The notes under the pieces are model-generated. The model ran no database searches, was not told the origin of the DNA, and saw only the letters and a program-made list of their open reading frames with translations. The position numbers and the translations under genes are program-made. 20,966 bases of DNA, taken from NCBI GenBank assembly GCA_964016885.1, contig CAXHJY010001392.1, positions 1 through 20,966 on the forward strand. The letters run 5' to 3'. Each line of letters starts with the position of its first letter. Position 1 is the stretch's first letter. Positions 12,146 through 20,966 of the stretch are shown one piece after another. This stretch comes from Eledone cirrhosa (lineage: Eukaryota).

Positions 12146-12185
12146 GTCCAGAAGTAGCCGTCGAAACGGCTTGAGCTCAGCCGTC
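12142..12185 (+). mobile_element. Fragment of the 4442 element (hammerhead 3' half)
   Basis: ttcagtccagaagtagccgtc GAAA cggcttgagctcagccg TC matches 4490-4533. Confidence 0.75.
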
Positions 12186-12199
12186 TGTGTGCGCGGGTT

Positions 12200-12945
<746 letters not shown>

Positions 12946-13104
12946 TCAGTTTATGTGTAAAGAATTAACAAGGAGAAGATCCCTACTATCACCTCTCGCC
13001 CCGTGTCCCCCAGTTTATAGCGACATAATTGCAGGGAGAGGTCTGATGGCCGTAGGGATAGGAGTGGTCAATTATAGTTAAATATAGGATATGGTGGTGC
13101 GCTG

Positions 13105-13850
13105 GGGTGGGTTGTTGTGGTGGTGGATGTGTGGTGATGGTGGTTGTGGTGATAGATGTGGTGGTGGTGGTGGTTGTTGTTGTGGAGGTGGTGGTGGTGG
13201 TGGTTGTTGTGGAGGTGGTGGTGTTGTGATAGATGATGTGTGGTGGTGGTTGTGGTGGTGATAGATGTGGTGGTGGTGGAGGTTGTTGTTGTGGAGGTGG
13301 TGGTGTTGTGATAGATGTTGTGATGGTGGGTGGTGGTTGTTGTTGTGGAGGTGGTGGTGCTGGTTGTTGTCGTGGAGGTGGTGGTGTTGTGATAGATGTT
13401 GTGGTGATGGTGGGTGGTGGTGTTGTTGTGATAGATGTTGTGGTGGTGGTGGTTGTGGTGGTGATAGATGTAGTGGTGGTGGTGGTTGTGGTGGTGGTGG
13501 TGGTTGTTGTGGAGGTGGTGGTGGTGGTGGTGGTGTGCTAGATGTTGTGGTGATGGTGGGTGGTGGTTGTTGTTGTGGAGGTGGTGGTGGTGGTGTTTGT
13601 TGTGGAGGTGGTGGTGTTGTGATAGATGTTGTGGTGATGGTGGGTGGTGGTGGTTGTTGTGGTGATAGATGTAGTGGTGGTGGTTGTGGTGGTGATAGAT
13701 GTAGTGGTGGTAGTTGTTGTTGTGGAGGTGGTGGTGGTTGTTGTTGTGGAGGTGGGGGTTGTTGTGGAGGTGGTGGTGTTCTGATAGATGTAGTGATGTT
13801 GGTGGTTGTTGTTGTGGAGGTGGTGGTGTTGTGATAGATGTTGTGATAGA
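13105..13850 (+). repeat. Degenerate (GGT/GTT)n repeat punctuated by gatagatg
   Basis: Recurrent gttgtggaggtggtggtgttgtgatagatg. Confidence 0.92.
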
Positions 13851-16130
13851 TGTCTATATTGTTCTTTTGTTGTGTTGTTATGTCTCATATATTGTTGTAT
13901 ATTGTTGTGTTGATGTGATGTCTATATTGTTCTTTTGTTGTGTTGTTATGTCTAATATATTGTTGTACATTGTGTTGATATGATGTCTATATTGTTGTAT
14001 ATTGTGTTGATGTGATGTCTATATTGTTCTTTTGTTGTGTTGTTATGTCTAATATATTGTTGTATATTGTGTTGATATGATGTCTATATTGTTCTTTTGT
14101 TGTGTTGTTATGTCTAATATATTGTACATTGTGTTGATATGATGTCTATATTGTTGTATATTGTGTTGATGTGATGTCTATATTGTTCTTTTGTTGTGTT
14201 GTTATGTCTAATATATTGTTGTATATTGTGTTGATATGATGTCTATATTGTTCTTTTGTTGTGTTGTTATGTCTTATATATTGTTGTGTTGATGTGATGT
14301 CTATATTGTTCTTTTGTTGTGTTGTTATGTCTCATATTGTTGTATATTGTTGTGTTGATGTGATGTCTATATTGTTCTTTTGTTGTGTTGTTATGTCTTA
14401 TATATTGTTGTATATTGTTGTGTTGATGTGGTGTCTATATTGTTGTATATTGTTGTGTTGATGTGATGTCTATATTGTTCTTTTGTAGTGTTGTTATGTC
14501 TTATATATTGTTGTATATTGTTGTGTTGATGTGATGTCTATATTGTTCTTGTGTTGTGTTGTTATGTCTTGTATATTGTTGTGTTGATGTGATGTCTATA
14601 TTGTTCTTTTGTTGTGTTGTTATGTCATATATTGTTGTATATTGTGATGTCTATATTGTTCTTTTGTTGTGTTGTTATGTCTAATATATTGTTGTATATT
14701 GTTGTGTTGATGTGATGTCTATATTGTTCTTTTGTTATGTTGTTATGTCTCATATATTGTTGTATATTGTTGTGTTGATGTGGTGTCTATATTGTTGTAT
14801 ATTGTTGTGTTGATGTGATGTCTATATTGTTCTTTTGTAGTGTTGTTATGTCTTATATATTGTTGTGTTGATGTGATGTCTATATTGTTCTTTTGTTGTG
14901 TTGTTATGTCATATATTGTTGTATATTGTGATGTCTATATTGTTCTTTTGTTGTGTTGTTATGTCTAATATATTGTTGTATATTGTTGTGTTGATGTGAT
15001 GTCTATATTGTTCTTTTGTTGTGTTGTTATGTCTTATATATTGTTGTATATTGTTGTGTTGATGTGATGTCTATATTGTTCTTGTGTTGTGTTGTTATGT
15101 CTTGTATATTGTTGTGTTGATGTGATGTCTATATTGTTCTTTTGTTGTGTTGTTATGTCATATATTGTTGTATATTGTTGTGTTGATGTGGTGTCTATAT
15201 TGTTCTTTTGTTGTGTTGTTATGTCTCATATTGTTGTATATTGTTGTGTTGATGTGATGTCTATATTGTTCTTTTGTTGTGTTGTTATGTCTCATATTGT
15301 TGTATATTGTTGTGTTGATGTGATGTCTATATTGTTCTTTTGTTGTGTTGTTATGTCTCATATATTGTTGTATATTGTTGTGTTGATGTGATGTCTATAT
15401 TGTTCTTTTGTTGTGTTGTTATGTCTCATATATTGTTGTATATTGTTGTGTTGATGTGGTGTCTATATTGTTCTTTTGTTGTGTTGTTATGTCATATATT
15501 GTTGTATATTGTTGTGTCTATATTGTTCTTTTGTTGTGTTGTTATGTCTAATATATTGTTGTATATTGTTGTGTTGATGTGATGTCTATATTGTTCTTGT
15601 GTTGTGTTATTATGTCTTGTATATTGTTGTGTTGATGTGATGTCTATATTGTTCTTTTGTAGTGTTGTTATGTCTTATATATTGTTGTGTTGATGTGATG
15701 TCTATATTGTCCTTGTGTTGTGTTGTTATGTCTCATATATTGTTGTTTTGTGTGTTATTATATCTATGTTGTGTTGTTTGTCATATCTATGTTGTTGTAG
15801 TGTTGTTATGTCTAATATACTGTTGTGTTACTGTTATGTCTAACACTGTTGTGGTGTCGTTCTGTTGTTTATGTCAAATATATTGTTGTGTTATGTCTAA
15901 TATATCGTTGTGTTGTTATTATGTCTAATATATTGTTGTTATTGCAGTAGGGTTTTTGTGTTTATTGTTGTGTTTGAATTATCCTTGTGTTATTATGTCT
16001 GTGTTGTTGTTATGTCTGTAATATTGTTGTGTTGTGTTGATTGTTATGTCTGTTGTGTTGATCGTTGTTTGATTTATACTTATGATATTATGTCTGTGTT
16101 GTTGTTATGTCTGTCTTTGTTGTTAACGAT
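13850..16130 (+). repeat. ~66-68 bp tandem minisatellite, decaying after ~15730
   Basis: Unit tgatgtgatgtctatattgttcttttgttgtgttgttatgtctcata(ta)ttgttgtatattgttgtgt. The 22-aa periodicity in ORF 15158..15361 reflects the 66-bp unit. Confidence 0.96.
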
Positions 16131-16229
16131 AGTGTAGTGTTGTGATACCATAATATAATGTTCTGTTGTTGTTCTTCTAATTGTTGTTCTGTTTGGGGCT
16201 GTTTTTAGCGGGTAGGGGGTGAGGGTGTT

Positions 16230-16720
16230 TACACCAAACCCTCGCACCCATCAATCCTTCTTTCGCCACCCAACCCCGTCTCCACCTTCTTCCTTACAAC
16301 TCCCCACCCCACCCATCAACCTCTCCTAATGTCTTTACTGTTTTACAACCAGGTCCTTCCTCGCAGCCGCCTCCTCCTCCTCCTCCACCAACACACTCCC
16401 CCCCCCTTCATTTCCCATCTCCCACCTCTACCTTACTCCTCCCACCCCCTCGAAAACTCCTGTCCCTACATCTGTTATTATTTCACCTCACCCACCTCTT
16501 CCCTCCCCCTCACATGTAAAACACATTAAATATATTGACTCCTCCTACCACACCTATTTCCCCCTCCTCCTCCTCCTCCTCTCCCTCCCTTTAATATATC
16601 CTCTACAACTGATCACATCACCACCCCTCCCACCACTTCTACAGACACCTTCGATGCAACTTTCCCTCTAACCGCTCCTCCGGGAGCTATCTATTTATCT
16701 ATCTATCAATCTCCCTCACC
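16230..16720. other. C/T-rich low-complexity tract
   Basis: Strong pyrimidine skew with (CCT)n and C runs. Confidence 0.7.
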
Positions 16721-16739
16721 TTGTGTCAATCTGTGTATC

Positions 16740-17575
<836 letters not shown>

Positions 17576-17750
17576 TTTAAATCTCGTAACTTATGAATTC
17601 AACAAACAAATAGAGAGATTGATCAAATAAGAGTCAGACCAAAGAATGAGTTTTACAGTAGATTGGAAGCACTCAACGGGAAATAATTTTCTGGAGTTAT
17701 TAAAATTAAAATATAAGTATTAATAAAATAGATGTTCTTTTGATCAATTA

Positions 17751-17805
17751 CATTTTATTATACATATTTCAGAGGTACAACAGTACGTCCTCATCAGACA
17801 AAATA
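17751..17805 (-). ncRNA. Type I hammerhead ribozyme (family A), mirror copy
   Basis: Exact reverse complement of 17917-17971. Confidence 0.85.
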
Positions 17806-17916
17806 TAATGATACATGGCATACCCTGAGATGTTAAATGGTTAAGATTTAATCAAGCTAGATTACCTTGATTAAATCTTAACCATTTAATATCTCAGGGT
17901 ATGTCATGTATCATTA

Positions 17917-17971
17917 TATTTTGTCTGATGAGGACGTACTGTTGTACCTCTGAAATATGTATAATAAAATG
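17917..17971 (+). ncRNA. Type I hammerhead ribozyme (family A)
   Basis: tattttgt CTGATGA ggacgtac-tgtt-gtacctct GAAA tatgta TA ataaaatg. Stem I can be extended (atcatta/taattgat). Predicted cleavage after 17963. Confidence 0.85.
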
Positions 17972-18016
17972 TAATTGATCAAAAGAACATCTATTTTATT
18001 AATACTTATATTTTAA

Positions 18017-18054
<38 letters not shown>

Positions 18055-18111
18055 AACGCCATCTATATCCACACACTCTCTCTCTCTCTCTCTCTAAATA
18101 TATATTTATAT

Positions 18112-18520
18112 ATGTAGAGGTTATATTTAATTTGTTGGGATACAAAAAGCAAAATATTTTTATAACTGATATAAAGCACTCAACAAATTATTGGAGTAAA
18201 AATACGATATTTTAATAAATGGAAACTATATTTATTTCATTATACATATTTCATGGAGCTTCCAACCGACATGGTCGCATTCTTTAAGGGTATGTCAATA
18301 TTTGTTTATAAAACTGATCTATATTATATTTTATCTGATGAAAGCGCACCATAATTTGCTTTGGTGTCCTTGAAATATCTATAATGAAATAAATATGGTT
18401 TTATAAATATAGTTTCCATTTATTAATATATCGTATATTTACTCCAAAAATTTGTTGAGTGCTTTATATCAGTTATAGAAATATTTGCTTGTTGTATTCC
18501 AACAAATTAAATATAACCTC

Positions 18521-18525
<5 letters not shown>
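18112..18525. mobile_element. Inverted-repeat element with hammerhead, embedded in (TA)n
   Basis: Imperfect arms at ~18112-18253 and ~18371-18525 (14-nt indel) around a ~117-nt spacer. Confidence 0.85.
18327..18391 (+). ncRNA. Type I hammerhead ribozyme (family A)
   Basis: tattttat CTGATGA aagcgcacca-taatttgctt-tggtgtcctt GAAA tatcta TA atgaaata. 8-bp stem I, stem II with 9 of 10 positions paired. Predicted cleavage after 18383. Confidence 0.85.
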
Positions 18526-18599
<74 letters not shown>

Positions 18600-18859
18600 C
18601 AGCGCCATCTATATCCGTTCTATTTCTCTCCACTCTACACCAACACACATTATACACCAGTGCCCCCTATACACAGAAATCCACATCACTCCTCGTGTCT
18701 CTACTTCTCTTCCTTCTGTCAATAATTTCTCGCTTGTTTATTCGTCAATCAAACTTCCCCTCCTCCTCCCCCACTCTTTTAACTTTCTCATTCACTCTCC
18801 CTCTTCAGTGATCCTGTACGCCTTATTTTCTCCGCTCTCTTTGTCCATTCTGTCTTTGT

Positions 18860-19400
<541 letters not shown>

Positions 19401-19910
19401 CGTGGTCCGTAAAAATGCCTAGAAACGTCAAAATATAACGTAAGATGTAATTAAAAAAAGAGGGTGCATCTTATGCGAAGGGGCTTCCAATAGGTAGGCA
19501 AATATGGAATATTGTTATTAATAAGTTAGCGTTAAAAAAATATTTATATTGCCACGAAAAAAGGTATTAAAAAATCGCGGAAGATATTACTATTCCGCGA
19601 ATATGCGGTGGTTTCCACGAACAATTATTTGTTAGGTTCGAAAGAAAGTTCCACCAATAATCTGGACTGCGAATGCCCGGGGTACGATATATATATATTG
19701 TAGAAAACTTATAATTAAACAATTGTTTGGAAAGAGAGATATATTTTAATTATATCTCATATGAAATAATACAACTGGCTTTCCACAAAATACATATAGT
19801 TAGCACCCCAAACACAAAATTGGGATTATACTAAGGTATATCCTATTGTTTGTTGAGTGAGATGATAGCCAGTCAGAGTTTAGCTTAAAGCTATCTCTGT
19901 TATTGTATTA

Positions 19911-19975
<65 letters not shown>

Positions 19976-20018
19976 GAAAGAAGAGTGACACGGTTTGCTA
20001 TACAAAAATGGTTTTTAA

Positions 20019-20139
20019 TCTCACTGCTGCCAATTGTTTCTCTGAACTGGTTGGTCTAAAGATCGCTATCCGCTTATTTTCACGTTACTCGATCGCCAAT
20101 ACAAAGTTATAACCAGTCAGTTCATCGGAGCTTGCGAGA
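20019..20139 (-). ncRNA. Decayed type I hammerhead with long stem II (family D)
   Basis: Minus strand: tctcgcaagct CCGATGA a-ctga-ctggtt...aaccag-t-tcag-a GAAA caattg GC agcagtgaga. Lies in island 19973-20257, which has (TA)n on both sides. Confidence 0.6.
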
Positions 20140-20257
20140 ATGAAAAGAATATATTGTTGAGTCAAACTTAGCCAAGCGTTGATATCATTCACTACCCGGA
20201 GTACCATAACTGGACTACACTTAAGTGGAATACATATAACAATAATTTGTTACCCCG

Positions 20258-20510
20258 TATATATATATATATATATATATACATACATATACATACATAT
20301 ATACATACATACATACATATATATATGTATACATACATATATATATATATATATATATGTATACATACATATACATACGTACATATATATATATATATAT
20401 ATATGTATACATACATATACATACGTACATATATATATATATATGTATACATATATATATGTATGTATACATACATATATATACATACATACATATATGT
20501 ATACATACGT

Positions 20511-20542
<32 letters not shown>

Positions 20543-20966
20543 GTATATATATATGTATACATACATATACATATATATATATACATACATATATATATAT
20601 ATACATTATATATATATATATTGTATATGTATATATATTATATATATATATTGTATATATATATTATAAATATATATTTTGTATATATATATATATAATG
20701 TATATATATATATATTATATATATATATATTACATATATATATACATTATATATATATATTATATTTATATATTTTGTATATATAAATATTTCATATATA
20801 TATACATTATATATATATATTATATATATATATTTTGTATATATATATATTATATATATATATTTTGTATATATATATATTATATATATATATGTTACAT
20901 ATATATATATTATATATATATATACATTATATATATACATTATATATAAATATAATAAATATATTT
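20258..20966. repeat. (TA)n/(TACA)n compound microsatellite
   Basis: Visible directly in the sequence. Confidence 0.97.

Larger units (their letters stand above)
17698..18024. repeat. Near-perfect 327-bp palindrome carrying two hammerheads
   Basis: 159-bp arms at 17698-17856 and 17866-18024, 9-nt loop ctagattac, 2 mismatches seen. Confidence 0.97.

Noticed and set aside
18770-18810. CTGAAGA...GAAA on the minus strand
   Set aside because: The intervening purine-rich sequence cannot form stem II; chance match.
19450-19600. DNA transposon end-like sequence and hairpin tcgcggaa/ttccgcga (19575-19600)
   Set aside because: No partner inverted repeat or second copy in the window; an 8-bp stem alone is insufficient.

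Overview
Non-coding, microsatellite-saturated eukaryotic DNA. The SINE families resemble those I recall from octopod cephalopods, which is an inference and not a database result. No protein-coding gene is supported: nearly all listed ORFs are translations of (TA)n, (CA)n, (GGT)n or minisatellite repeats. The window holds two minisatellite arrays, several tRNA-derived SINEs and a Tc1/mariner-type MITE. The main signal is in the short unique islands between (TA)n tracts. These carry about a dozen type I hammerhead ribozyme (HHR) motifs from at least 5 sequence families: 4 look intact with covarying stems, 2 have near-canonical cores and the rest are decayed or half motifs. Several lie in long fold-back palindromes, and several families share a downstream TTGAGT(A/G)C motif. 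The best interpretation is non-autonomous, (TA)n-targeted, Penelope-like or retrozyme-like retroelements.
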